Of a DNA stretch of 64,000 nt, positions 28,347 through 37,911 are shown piece by piece. The notes under the pieces are model-generated. The model worked only from the letters and a program-made list of their open reading frames with translations, made no database searches and was not told where the DNA came from. Every line of letters begins with the position of its first letter. Position 1 is the stretch's first letter. The position numbers and the translations under genes were made by a program. The DNA comes from Escherichia phage anhysbys, in the sequence record NC_052656.1. One strand, given 5' to 3'.

Positions 28347-28786
28347 TGATTAGTATCATCTGCTTTCGCAGGATCATAAGAGTTACCGAAATCATCCATC
28401 TTAATATGTGACGCACCCCAACCTGTAAATTCTTCATCACCAAAATGAAAAATATCGTTTTCTTGATAGATTCGTTTAAAACCACAATTAGGTGAAACAG
28501 GGAAAGTGAAAAGCGTTGTATTTGCAAACACTACTCGCTTATCGTTATTGCTTCGGATATTCACATTACGCTCAACAGAATAGTGTGAATCTTCAGCCAT
28601 ACCCAGCATTACAAGCGACGCTCTAATAACAGCATTTTGTTTCTCGTGTGGGATATTGCCATTGTGTTTATTTGATTCTAGTTTCCAGATAGGGGTAGAC
28701 ATTACAGTAGACATGCTTACGGTAGCCCAAGTTGTAGTATTTACTAATGACATATTTTCTCCTTCATTTTGAATGGGAGGACTCAC
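28343..28786 (-). CDS. hypothetical protein
   Basis: 147-aa ORF. Confidence 0.45.
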   Translation of the reverse strand: MSPPIQNEGENMSLVNTTTWATVSMSTVMSTPIWKLESNKHNGNIPHEKQNAVIRASLVMLGMAEDSHYSVERNVNIRSNNDKRVVFANTTLFTFPVSPNCGFKRIYQENDIFHFGDEEFTGWGASHIKMDDFGNSYDPAKADDTNQ

Positions 28787-28851
28787 CTCCTCCCAGTATT
28801 GTGCTATATTATACTAAAACTAATACTAAAGTCAATAATTATTTAAACAGA

Positions 28852-29850
28852 TCACCATTTAGTATGATTTGTTAAAAGTTGACGATGTTGAATCCAGCCT
28901 TTGAAATTGCCAGACCAAAACTTACCATTACGATCTACATGGGTAATACCTGGTTCCCAAGAGTTAAAATCCCAAGGAGCATTGATAAACAAATCTTCAA
29001 AACAGTTCTCCCCATATTGTTCGCATGTTTCTTGCATTGGGGTGGCTTGATGTTCAAACGGAGAAGCATGAACCTTGCGCCCAGTCAGCAAACGACCATA
29101 GATATCTAAAGCTTTATCTTTAGTTGCATTCAAACGACGATAGCTAACCTGTGCACAACACGAAGCTGAAATAGCTTTGGCTTCTTCCAAAGTAAGCACA
29201 ACAACTTCTCCAGATTCATCTTGAACATAGTATCCACCAAAAACAAAATGATCGTCACCTTCTGTGCCAATATTATCATAGAAATGGTCTACATAAGGTG
29301 TGTGCCATTGCCCTGGTTTCAGCACTTCTGGTGTAGATTCTTCATACTCTTTGTGCATCTCTTTAGCCAAAGCTTCGATAGTAGGATCGGCTTCTTTGTC
29401 ATCACGTAGCCACCAGAAATTTTCATATTCTGTTGCTGTCAGAACTGTTTTAATTCGTTGGAAAGGTTCCAGAAGACGGTTTGCAACTTGTTTGTGGTAC
29501 CCTGCCAAAGAGAATTCTTCTGCAAAACGTGCTGCACTAAGCGCGGCAAGATCCCACCACTCTTGAGCAGTATAACCTGCATCAATAAGAGCATCATGGT
29601 CAACACCTTTGTCCTGCATACCAGGTTGGTTAGCCCCAAAACGATAAGGACGAGCAGGCTGATTTCGAACCATTTCGATCAGTGTTTTAACAGGTATAGC
29701 ACGGCTAGAAGCAGCATTACGACTGAACAGGCGGTGAGTCATCAGTTCTGAATGAATAATACGTGGATATTCAAGTTCGAAAGTTACAATCTCTTTTCCG
29801 TCTTCAGTGATGGAATGCGCAATAATACTAGCCGAAATCTGTTTTGTCAT
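28852..29850 (-). CDS. thyX: ThyX-like flavin-dependent thymidylate synthase
   Basis: LMTHRLFSRNAASSR resembles the ThyX RHR...S...SxR signature; longer than typical ThyX. Confidence 0.6.
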   Translation of the reverse strand: MTKQISASIIAHSITEDGKEIVTFELEYPRIIHSELMTHRLFSRNAASSRAIPVKTLIEMVRNQPARPYRFGANQPGMQDKGVDHDALIDAGYTAQEWWDLAALSAARFAEEFSLAGYHKQVANRLLEPFQRIKTVLTATEYENFWWLRDDKEADPTIEALAKEMHKEYEESTPEVLKPGQWHTPYVDHFYDNIGTEGDDHFVFGGYYVQDESGEVVVLTLEEAKAISASCCAQVSYRRLNATKDKALDIYGRLLTGRKVHASPFEHQATPMQETCEQYGENCFEDLFINAPWDFNSWEPGITHVDRNGKFWSGNFKGWIQHRQLLTNHTKW

Positions 29851-29859
29851 TTTTTCTCC

Positions 29860-30468
29860 TTAGTTTTTAAAATTGTTCAAAGTGTTAAAAACATCCAAAC
29901 ATGTTAGCCACTGATCTTCTAAACCTGTGATCACAACATTTGGTTTTTTCTTTAGTTCTTCTAGATGGTTATCTTTATAAGGCGTATTAAAATATATTTT
30001 AACCACTTCATCTGGAAAATATAGTAGGTTATCAGCCCTGTCATCTATTGCTATATCACAAGGCAATAAGTATTTTTCTTTCGTAGCAAAAAAGCCGTTG
30101 CCAGATCCTTTGCTAAAATCAATCGTATCTAATGTTCTTAAAACATGCTTATGTTTAGAACTTAAGTGACCACCTTTTGTCACACTTGCGATCAAAAGAT
30201 TGCTACCTTTCCTTGAAACATACTTTAAGAAATCTGGCATACCTGGAACAAAACCCATTGTATCATAGAGATGAGGATTATCCAGAAATCCGTAAGGATC
30301 TATATTGAACTCCTCCCTGAAACCAGGAAAGTAGTTGGTAAGATCATAGTCTGCATTTTTTGTGAATGTGTCTATCTTAACACCAAGTCCACTAATCTTA
30401 TTCAACCATTCTAACCAAGCAACATCTAATGGAGCCACAACTAAATCCCAATCACATACTATCTGCAT
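29860..30468 (-). CDS. putative HAD-like 5'(3')-deoxyribonucleotidase
   Basis: N-terminal CDWDLVVAPLD (DxD) and C-terminal CDIAIDDRADN resemble HAD motifs I and IV; weak. Confidence 0.35.
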   Translation of the reverse strand: MQIVCDWDLVVAPLDVAWLEWLNKISGLGVKIDTFTKNADYDLTNYFPGFREEFNIDPYGFLDNPHLYDTMGFVPGMPDFLKYVSRKGSNLLIASVTKGGHLSSKHKHVLRTLDTIDFSKGSGNGFFATKEKYLLPCDIAIDDRADNLLYFPDEVVKIYFNTPYKDNHLEELKKKPNVVITGLEDQWLTCLDVFNTLNNFKN

Positions 30469-30504
30469 AAAACCTCCTCTCTCTTTTAGTATAGTTATCT
30501 TATA

Positions 30505-31080
30505 CTAACTTTCAATTTCCTGCAATAGGATTTTGACTATTTGTTTACGGCGTTTTGCTACTGTGCTTTCAGGTTCTATTTTACGCTTCTTCAGCCATGC
30601 TTTATCTTTCTTAGCTCTGCACAAAGCTATCGCTTCTTTTTCAGCTTTCGCTTCTTCAAAAGATATACCTTGTTTATCTGCATAAGCAAGAATAGAGTTG
30701 CACAATTTACAAACCATTCGCAAATCTTCTTCTTTCACATAGATTAAACGGAAAACAAAAAGAGGAATATCATCAAAACATTGAAGTTGTTTTGCTGCGT
30801 GAATATGATCCACTTGGAAGTCTTTCATTCCTCCTCTATGTCCACATATTTCGCACTCACAATTCCAAACTTGTTTTGGTTTTCCAGTTTTCTTGTCTAT
30901 CATCACATTGCCGTCTTTATCTACTCGATCAACTTTAAAACGCCTTGCATTGATAACCTTAATTTTATTAGGGTGTCTCATCCATGCTTTTCTAAAACAT
31001 CCCCTAAGATAAGTATAAAATTCAGCTTGTGTTTTCCAGGGTGTTCCTTCACCCCACATTATTTTTGGTTCACCTGCCAA
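30505..31080 (-). CDS. HNH endonuclease
   Basis: CECEICG ... VDHIHA ... CKLCN: HNH motif flanked by Cys pairs. Confidence 0.6.
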   Translation of the reverse strand: MAGEPKIMWGEGTPWKTQAEFYTYLRGCFRKAWMRHPNKIKVINARRFKVDRVDKDGNVMIDKKTGKPKQVWNCECEICGHRGGMKDFQVDHIHAAKQLQCFDDIPLFVFRLIYVKEEDLRMVCKLCNSILAYADKQGISFEEAKAEKEAIALCRAKKDKAWLKKRKIEPESTVAKRRKQIVKILLQEIES

Positions 31081-31136
31081 TATTGCTCACCTTTTTAGCT
31101 GTATATTCCCCTGGTGGGATATTGTGTTTAAAAAAC

Positions 31137-31167
31137 AAAAGGCGGTCTAACCCCGCCTTGCACATTG
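31137..31167 (-). terminator. intrinsic terminator on minus strand
   Basis: Minus-strand GC-rich hairpin (AAGGCGG...CCGCCUU) followed by UUUUGUUUUUU. Confidence 0.6.
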
Positions 31168-31247
31168 TTTCTGGAATAGTCAAAGTTAGTAAAAGTTTAT
31201 CACCTTTTCGGTTGAATATTTTATAAACTTCTCCTGCTCCATATTGT

Positions 31248-31649
31248 TTAGTATTGCTCGCCACTAATACGTTCCTTAAGTTGTTTAATAGCTTCGATTG
31301 CATCTACATAAGAAGAGTTATACATGTGTTTCAGTGCTACTCGTACTAAAGGATCTTTTGTGAAGAAATCAATAAGAAGCATAGCTTGATCATGTTTAGC
31401 TGCATTTGTCATAGATGGATAATTTTCACGAACCATATACGTGTTATTTTGCATAAGGGTTCTTTCTAGTTCAATACAATGAATAGCTTTATCTAGGTTA
31501 ATCTGACGTTCACCTTTAATACGTGTTGCGTATTTTGCCAATTTGCAAAAACAAGGTGTGCCACCAACCAAATAAGCTAGTTCAATAGGTTGCATTGCCA
31601 TTTTTGTGTAGTGATCACCGTCAACCTGATTATCAAAAGCATTAGACAT
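31248..31649 (-). CDS. hypothetical protein (possibly DUF3310-like)
   Basis: N-terminal NQVDGDHYT resembles the DUF3310 start often found near phage nrd genes; tentative. Confidence 0.4.
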   Translation of the reverse strand: MSNAFDNQVDGDHYTKMAMQPIELAYLVGGTPCFCKLAKYATRIKGERQINLDKAIHCIELERTLMQNNTYMVRENYPSMTNAAKHDQAMLLIDFFTKDPLVRVALKHMYNSSYVDAIEAIKQLKERISGEQY

Positions 31650-31914
31650 AATTTTCCTCCTGAATTCCTACTGCGCCTTCTTCTGGGTAATCTGTATAAT
31701 AAGCTACCCTACCTTGATAGATAACATCACCATCATCATTGTAGATTGCTGTATCTTCTTGAATTGTTATTTCAACGTCAAGTAAATCTGGGTCTTTCTC
31801 GATGGTATAGTTTAAACCTAACATTTCAAACAGTTCGAAAATTTCGTTACCTGTTAATGTAATGCTCATATTTCCTCCTTTTATTGTGGTTAGCAGAGTA
31901 TACACTAATATCAA
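31642..31914 (-). CDS. hypothetical protein
   Basis: 90-aa ORF. Confidence 0.45.
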   Translation of the reverse strand: MILVYTLLTTIKGGNMSITLTGNEIFELFEMLGLNYTIEKDPDLLDVEITIQEDTAIYNDDGDVIYQGRVAYYTDYPEEGAVGIQEENYV

Positions 31915-31955
31915 ATTTTTGTCAATAAAAAAGGGAGCAATAAGCTCCCTGATTA

Positions 31956-32915
31956 TTAGATTCCAATAATAGTTGCTGCTCGTTTATCTTTGGATCTGGT
32001 GTTTGCTCTACTACGTGACAAACCTCCACAAGATTCACAACGAATGATATCGAAAGAACTTACCGCAGTGTGGTATTGCTTACCAGTAACAACGTGAACA
32101 TGATCACTGCCGCAACGAGAACAACGGACTTTCTCATCTGGGTAATAAGCGGATAAGTTAGGATGCTGTGGAATCCACGGAAGGATTTTCATATACAAAT
32201 CACGAAGTGAAACAACATCACCATCATTGTAAATCTGCATACGTTCAAAAGCATCACGATCACCTTCACAACATGCTTTCCATAAAGGGAACCCCTCGTT
32301 ATCCAGTTTTTCACTTTCTGTTTCAAAATACGCTCCCATCTCTTTAAGAGAATTGGAAGGAAGTGCAAACTGTTTCTTAGCTGCCTTCAAGGTATCAACA
32401 ACTACATAGTTAGAAGGTGGAGCCATATCATGATATGCGAAGCGTTGGTTAATGTATGCACGGTCAAACTTGTACCCATTGTGAGCCACAACAACATCAG
32501 CTTCATTCAGAAGATTCCAAAGATCTTGGCAAAGTTCCCAATCATCTGTATGATCGATATCGAAAAGAGGATAAGAAGATAAATTCTTACCTTCTACTTC
32601 ACCTGTATACAAATCAGCAGAAGAGTAAGATAACAAATAACCCCTACGAATTACCTGGTCTGGAGAAATGAAGGCTTTGAATCGACGGAAAGTATATGCA
32701 ATCTCTGGTGCAGTTTCAACATCAATAATTTTAATAACTGGTTGTTTCTTTTTAACTGGCTCTTGTTTACTTGCACCGAAACGTGCAAGAAAATCATTTA
32801 CTGTGCTTTTTCTTGTTGGACTACCTAAAACAATTGCTGCAATATTGCGAGAAGACATACCCTCTGCACTCATACTAAGGATATCTGCTTTCTGCTCTTC
32901 TGTTAATCTGCTCAC
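31956..32915 (-). CDS. DEDD-family 3'-5' exonuclease with N-terminal HTH and C-terminal zinc ribbon
   Basis: IIDVETA (Exo I), VAHNGYKFD (Exo II), YNDGDVV (Exo III); CSRCG ... CESCG at C-terminus. Confidence 0.6.
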   Translation of the reverse strand: MSRLTEEQKADILSMSAEGMSSRNIAAIVLGSPTRKSTVNDFLARFGASKQEPVKKKQPVIKIIDVETAPEIAYTFRRFKAFISPDQVIRRGYLLSYSSADLYTGEVEGKNLSSYPLFDIDHTDDWELCQDLWNLLNEADVVVAHNGYKFDRAYINQRFAYHDMAPPSNYVVVDTLKAAKKQFALPSNSLKEMGAYFETESEKLDNEGFPLWKACCEGDRDAFERMQIYNDGDVVSLRDLYMKILPWIPQHPNLSAYYPDEKVRCSRCGSDHVHVVTGKQYHTAVSSFDIIRCESCGGLSRSRANTRSKDKRAATIIGI

Positions 32916-33601
32916 TCTGCCTCCTGTTGTGAGATGTATGACTGAAGCATACTCTCAAATGTTGTATCGTCATTATCCCAGCGTTTCATGTATACCAACT
33001 GGAAAATTGTTTCTATCCATTCATCTGTTGTCATATGGACTTCTTCTCCATCCCAAGAAGTAAAATTAACGCCATCTGGGAACCACGAGTAGTAAGTATC
33101 TTTAACTGTTTGGAAAAGTTCTGCTTGAGTTTTACAAGCTGAAAGAAGATTAAAACAAGTAATATCTCCGAACTTAATATCAAAATCTTGATAAGGTCGG
33201 ATACTATCTGTTTTATCTCCCATTAGCATCTGATAGGCTAACCAATAACTTCCCCAACCTTTAACTTCTTTCTTTTTACCTTTATCTACGATCCATATGT
33301 CGCCAATAGACTCGTCAATAAGAATTATATCTGGATTTTTAAATACTCCATCCTCTTTGTAGAAATTAAAAAGGATACTAGGAGTATGTAAACTATCTTT
33401 ATCTATAGACACTACGATATAAGAAAATTTACCCGTCCTTTTATAATCTTTATAACCTTGGAAACCATACTTCTCTAACTCATCGTCAGCCTCTATTACA
33501 GTAACAACATCACCATTGTGGAACTCCACAAGATAATCTTTGGTTTCTGAAAGCTGAAGTGGTTTGATATCTAATCGTTCAGATTTATATTCTACAGGCA
33601 T
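32912..33601 (-). CDS. hypothetical protein (possible PD-(D/E)xK-like nuclease)
   Basis: 229-aa ORF; IILIDESIGDIWIVDKGKK resembles a D...E.K core; ATG 33601 has only a weak RBS. Confidence 0.45.
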   Translation of the reverse strand: MPVEYKSERLDIKPLQLSETKDYLVEFHNGDVVTVIEADDELEKYGFQGYKDYKRTGKFSYIVVSIDKDSLHTPSILFNFYKEDGVFKNPDIILIDESIGDIWIVDKGKKKEVKGWGSYWLAYQMLMGDKTDSIRPYQDFDIKFGDITCFNLLSACKTQAELFQTVKDTYYSWFPDGVNFTSWDGEEVHMTTDEWIETIFQLVYMKRWDNDDTTFESMLQSYISQQEAE

Positions 33602-34038
33602 TTTGAAGGCGTGTCTGAAAGTTTTTCCTACGCCAATAACTCCGCAATATTTTTCTAAACGTAGATGTTTTAGAATACCTAAGACTTTTGTTTTAGCTGC
33701 TTGGAAGGTGTGTCCGATATCTTCTGGCGGGTATTGCTTATCAATAATTTCGAACTCTTCCTTTGTGAAGGGACGTTTGTTTTTGGAGGCTCTTTCTGCA
33801 TTTGTATCTCCTAGCCAACCTCCAATTTTAGTCTTACTTTTACCCCAAAACTCTGTCTTATTTTTAAATTCCTTTTGAGCACCTGAAGGGATGTGCTTCG
33901 CAATGATTGTTCTTTTCTCTAATGCAGACGCTGCTTGGAAAGCGATCTGATCATAATCAATTGCAGCTATTGTTTCTTCGTTGACATATAAATGAAGATC
34001 TTCAGGTTTAATTAAAATATAACCGCTAATATTTCCCC
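33595..34038 (-). other. 148-codon stop-free open frame lacking any ATG/GTG/TTG (possible non-canonical start, recoding, or pseudogene)
   Basis: Minus frame read codon by codon from TAG at 34039-34041 to TAG at 33592-33594 with no stop; K/E-rich protein-like translation; different frame from both neighbours. Confidence 0.35.
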
Positions 34039-34042
34039 CTAA

Positions 34043-34252
34043 TTATTCATCGTCATCCTCTGTTGAGAATGTTTTAGTATACGGACATTGACGACTTTTC
34101 GGGATTGCTATAACTTCATCTTGGTTAGCGTTAGAATAGTAGCAATATTTTGTGTTGCCATTAACTTCAGAATCAGACAAGATTAAAGTAATTTGACCTG
34201 CTGCTACTGTGAAACTAAAAGCTAAAAGAACGACTGTCAGAATCTTTTTCAT
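34043..34252 (-). CDS. small secreted/lipoprotein-like protein
   Basis: N-terminal signal-peptide-like MKKILTVVLLAFSFTVAAG; own promoter and AGGAGG RBS. Confidence 0.55.
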   Translation of the reverse strand: MKKILTVVLLAFSFTVAAGQITLILSDSEVNGNTKYCYYSNANQDEVIAIPKSRQCPYTKTFSTEDDDE

Positions 34253-34260
34253 AACGCCTC

Positions 34261-34291
34261 CTAAAAAGCCTACCTCATTAAGTAGGTAGGC
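34261..34291 (-). terminator. intrinsic terminator overlapping the downstream promoter
   Basis: Minus-strand GCCUACCU-ACUUAAUG-AGGUAGGC followed by UUUUUAG. Confidence 0.55.
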
Positions 34292-34320
34292 ATAATATCA
34301 TAACTAATCCCGCAAGTCAA
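34292..34320 (-). promoter_or_regulatory. sigma70-like promoter (TTGACT-17-TATTAT)
   Basis: Minus-strand TTGACT (34315-34320), 17-nt spacer, TATTAT (34292-34297); predicted start falls inside the terminator 5' arm. Confidence 0.55.
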
Positions 34321-34324
34321 GAAC

Positions 34325-35203
34325 TTATTTAAGGATTGTTGCTTTGGTTAAATCTTCCATCAGACCTCGAATCTCATTGAAGCACAGAAGGACTGAAGCT
34401 TCAATACTACCTTCTTCGTCTGCAAAATATTTCGGAAAACGTAGTTTAGAAAGTTTAAACTCTTTATCCACTACAAAATCTACAACACCATCATATTCAA
34501 GACCGATTGCAACCACATCTTTACCATCTTCTTTTAGTTCGACAGCTTTAGACTCGTATAGGGATTCTTTACTCCAAACAACAACGCCCTCGCTATCCTC
34601 CATTTTGATATAATTTCCGAGAGTAATACGATCTGCTTCGTGATTCTCCAACAATTCGCCAAAACCTTTTACAATAGCTTCTTCGTGCACACTAAAACCT
34701 ACCGAAGGGAAAGTCCCCAGAACGGAACGGAGGAAAGAAGTAATCTCTTCTGCAACCTTTTTACTTCCATTAAGAACATAAAGAAGATTCGTAGTTTTAT
34801 CCAAGACAACATAGTTAAAGAAATCTTCAGGTTCTGTTTCAGGCAATAGTGCAAATTCAATATCTTCCTTCATTGCTTTGACTACTTCTTTATCAACATA
34901 AAACTCTTTACCTTCGCTCCCCATGTCCTGACGCATTTCTTCTAGACGTTCATTCAGAATACGTTTAACTTTCTTTTTATCTACTTTCTTCACAGATTGA
35001 CCTACATTAAGTAGTTCAAGATCTGAAAACTCTTTTACAAATTTAGAGTCATCTTCGAAACGAACAAGACCGATAGTGTGTGACTGGGAGCCTTCTGCCG
35101 TTACAAATTCCAGAGGAATATCTGTAATGCTGTTAAGGGATGCTACAGAAGCATTGTCACCAACAACCATAGGCAGAGCGGATTTAAAAGATTTTACAAA
35201 CAT
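34325..35203 (-). CDS. putative RdgC-like recombination-associated protein
   Basis: 292 aa; overall pattern resembles RdgC from memory only. Confidence 0.35.
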   Translation of the reverse strand: MFVKSFKSALPMVVGDNASVASLNSITDIPLEFVTAEGSQSHTIGLVRFEDDSKFVKEFSDLELLNVGQSVKKVDKKKVKRILNERLEEMRQDMGSEGKEFYVDKEVVKAMKEDIEFALLPETEPEDFFNYVVLDKTTNLLYVLNGSKKVAEEITSFLRSVLGTFPSVGFSVHEEAIVKGFGELLENHEADRITLGNYIKMEDSEGVVVWSKESLYESKAVELKEDGKDVVAIGLEYDGVVDFVVDKEFKLSKLRFPKYFADEEGSIEASVLLCFNEIRGLMEDLTKATILK

Positions 35204-35259
35204 GTTTCCTCCTATTTAATACATCTCACATTACCGCCCATAAAGGGCGGCTTACAACA

Positions 35260-35985
35260 TTACTTGTTAATAATACCTGCAATATTAGGTTTGACAAAGG
35301 TCGATGGTTTCATGATCTTACCTTTATCATCAAAGAATACATACACTTTCTGTTTTTCATTATAAACAGCATGAACACCAGTGTATGCCCCTTCTGGACG
35401 ATTGGCATTTCGTTCTTCAATTGCAGCGCATTCTTGTGCAATTGCTGAATCGATATCTGAAGTTTTCCAGGTTTTCAGCAACTGTTGTTTAGTTGGATAC
35501 TTGGAATCATTACTTTTCAATACCTCTTTAATAACTTTCTTTTCTGGATATTTTGAACGGATTAGAGTGTCACGAGACATACGCATAATACCAGCAGCCA
35601 TTAGTGCCATTTGAACTGGCTCTGTAAATGTTTGTTCCAAAGCATCGAAATCGGTATACACAGTTGGAGTAAAAACATCGCCTACAGCATAGTCCAAGAA
35701 ATTCATCGTATGTTCTTCACCAAAGAACATGTAAGTCAGATAACTGGATACTACAAAAATATCCGCTGCTGCATCCAAGAGTTCTACATGATCGTTTACT
35801 TTCGCGGCTGTTTCATACTCTTTAAGCTCTTCACGAACGAACCCGATTTGGGACATAAATAGCTCTTGAGTGAATTCAGGTTGTTCACCACCTCGTGCTT
35901 TGGCATTCCAATCAATCACGTGCTTTGCTGCATTTTTGAAAAATTCAGTATCGAATTTAATATCTTTAAAAAAATTCTCGATCAT
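35260..35985 (-). CDS. putative MazG-like nucleotide pyrophosphohydrolase
   Basis: REELKEYETAAKVNDHVELLDAAADIFVV resembles the MazG EExxE...D helix motif. Confidence 0.4.
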   Translation of the reverse strand: MIENFFKDIKFDTEFFKNAAKHVIDWNAKARGGEQPEFTQELFMSQIGFVREELKEYETAAKVNDHVELLDAAADIFVVSSYLTYMFFGEEHTMNFLDYAVGDVFTPTVYTDFDALEQTFTEPVQMALMAAGIMRMSRDTLIRSKYPEKKVIKEVLKSNDSKYPTKQQLLKTWKTSDIDSAIAQECAAIEERNANRPEGAYTGVHAVYNEKQKVYVFFDDKGKIMKPSTFVKPNIAGIINK

Positions 35986-35994
35986 TATAACTCC

Positions 35995-36177
35995 TTATTT
36001 AAAATAGCTTTCTAGAAAGTTGCTAATATTTACTACAGTCTCACCCATGTAAATTCCTGCGAAACCGAAAACAAGCATACGTGGAATATTGAAATACCAT
36101 TTATCCGCCGGAAAAGATGCCAGAATTACAATAGCAATTGCTATCAACATCATAAGAATTGTTGCTAAAATTATCAT
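35995..36177 (-). CDS. small membrane protein
   Basis: Start moved to ATG 36177 (ATGA overlap with upstream stop); two hydrophobic helices. Confidence 0.4.
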   Translation of the reverse strand: MIILATILMMLIAIAIVILASFPADKWYFNIPRMLVFGFAGIYMGETVVNISNFLESYFK

Positions 36178-36368
36178 AAAAATGCCTCCAGGTATTTTGC
36201 ACAATGGTAAGCTAAGAAACAAGAAACTACCGCATACCCAACTCCAGACATACATGAATCAATCGCAATACATACGGTTCTTTTCTTTGAATTCTTAGGA
36301 AAGCTTTCCGAAGCATTCATACAATAAAAAGAAAGCACACTGAAAACGATTAAAATGGCTAAGAACAT
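36174..36368 (-). CDS. small membrane protein
   Basis: 64-aa ORF with hydrophobic segments. Confidence 0.4.
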   Translation of the reverse strand: MFLAILIVFSVLSFYCMNASESFPKNSKKRTVCIAIDSCMSGVGYAVVSCFLAYHCAKYLEAFL

Positions 36369-36377
36369 TTTTCCTCC

Positions 36378-37505
36378 TTATTCTGCTGGTTCCCAAGTAC
36401 CTGGGATCATTTCTCGAATACGAACACCAACAGGTTTTGTTGGAATACCTTCATCTGAAAATTCTTCATACTCTATTTCAACGAACTGATTAATCAAGGT
36501 AGAAGCATTCTCTGCTTTACGATAATTGATAGTCTCATGAGCATCTTTACGCATTAAGAATTCGACTACTTTACCATTTTCCATCTCACCTGTCAACACT
36601 CCATCACCATTTTTATCACTTTTTGAATTTGTTACTTTAACTTCAAGGGTGTGGCGAGGCTTACGTTTAATAACGTCATAAGAACGTTTATCAAATTCGT
36701 AAACTCCGTGAGCATTACGATATACTACACCTTCAGCTTTCTCAAGTAAAGCTTTTTCATAGAAAGCATCAAACTGTTCTTGGTTTTCAATATACTCTGT
36801 ATGAACTACGCAAATAAGCTCGTCAAGACCATAATCTTCAACTACTGCCTTAAGAGCAGTAAGAACATCAACACGTTTTTCAAACGGTAGATCTGGAACT
36901 GGAATATCATATACGTAATAATTCAGCAAAGGTGTATTTGCATTATGCTTCTTCCAGGCACTGTTAATTTGTTGCAGACTAAGGACACCTAACCCAGCAA
37001 ACACTTCACCATCAAGAGGATGACCAACAACTTCACTAATAAAGTTTGGAATACCTTTCCAATGAGGTGGCAGGTTATACACTTCCCCAGCTTTTGATAA
37101 ACACTCCCCTTTCATGTTAATCATAGAACGTAACCCGTTCAGTTTGTATTGTGCATAACCAGGGAACACAACCCTTTCAGGATAATCTTTATAATCCTGG
37201 CATTTCATTGGTGTAGAAGGAACATGGTTTTCAGCTTCTTCTTTTGTTTTATAATAGCCATTCTTTAACTGTTTTGTCCATTTGGCAAAAGCTTCAAGTT
37301 CAGCTTGTTCTTCTGGTGTTGTTTCATTGGAACGACCGATGTTTTTTGCTTCTGCTGTATAAGATTTTTCTGTGATTTTTCCACCTACCCTTCCATGAGC
37401 TACAGTAACAACTGCACCATCTGTATACACTGTCCACTGTTTAAGTTTTCCTTTTGAATCTTTACCATACAGCGTTTGATTTGTTTGTTGCATTAGTCCT
37501 CCCAT
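36378..37505 (-). CDS. ATP-dependent DNA ligase
   Basis: YKLNGLR (motif I KxNGxR), DGEVF (III), EGVVYR (IV), DVIKRK (V). Confidence 0.7.
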   Translation of the reverse strand: MGGLMQQTNQTLYGKDSKGKLKQWTVYTDGAVVTVAHGRVGGKITEKSYTAEAKNIGRSNETTPEEQAELEAFAKWTKQLKNGYYKTKEEAENHVPSTPMKCQDYKDYPERVVFPGYAQYKLNGLRSMINMKGECLSKAGEVYNLPPHWKGIPNFISEVVGHPLDGEVFAGLGVLSLQQINSAWKKHNANTPLLNYYVYDIPVPDLPFEKRVDVLTALKAVVEDYGLDELICVVHTEYIENQEQFDAFYEKALLEKAEGVVYRNAHGVYEFDKRSYDVIKRKPRHTLEVKVTNSKSDKNGDGVLTGEMENGKVVEFLMRKDAHETINYRKAENASTLINQFVEIEYEEFSDEGIPTKPVGVRIREMIPGTWEPAE

Positions 37506-37714
37506 TTAAAAACTGAAATTTTCAATCTGTTACACACTTCATCCAAATCTGCGTCGAGTAACGTTGTAGATGTTGCCAACATATAATCAATGCTTGTGAA
37601 ACCTTGCCCTTTGGCATAGTCAAGCATATCTTCATACATATCTTCAAGATCACCGTCATCAAAAGTAGCTAGAAAATCCTCGTCCCCGCTACGAACATAA
37701 AATGCAGTACTCAT
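37493..37714 (-). CDS. hypothetical protein
   Basis: 73-aa ORF. Confidence 0.4.
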   Translation of the reverse strand: MSTAFYVRSGDEDFLATFDDGDLEDMYEDMLDYAKGQGFTSIDYMLATSTTLLDADLDEVCNRLKISVFKWED

Positions 37715-37902
37715 TCATCTTCATCCCAAGATTCAAAAACGCAGCAATCATCGGTTTCTATAATACCAACACGTCCGCAGGTATTGCAAGTGATTTTATC
37801 ACCGTAGAATAAATAATTTTTATCACCCTCTGTGTTTACAGTTATGTCATTACTACCACAAGGGCAAGTCAGCCAACCAACAACAACGATATCTTTTTTC
37901 AT
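37711..37902 (-). CDS. hypothetical zinc-ribbon protein
   Basis: CPCG ... CNTCG cysteine pairs. Confidence 0.4.
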   Translation of the reverse strand: MKKDIVVVGWLTCPCGSNDITVNTEGDKNYLFYGDKITCNTCGRVGIIETDDCCVFESWDEDE

Positions 37903-37911
37903 AATCCCTCC

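Noticed and set aside
33595-33691. Classical -1 slippery heptamer joining the start-less frame to the 32912..33601 ORF
   Set aside because: Both frames are open in this overlap, but no X_XXY_YYZ heptamer was found in the upstream frame, so a frameshift fusion is kept only as an unproven possibility.
33564-33878. Plus-strand 104-aa ORF
   Set aside because: S/L/F/P/C-rich antisense-like composition; the minus strand here carries a long stop-free protein-like frame in a co-directional gene block.
35221-35250. CCGCCC-ataaa-GGGCGG hairpin as a terminator
   Set aside because: It has no adjacent U-tract on either strand.
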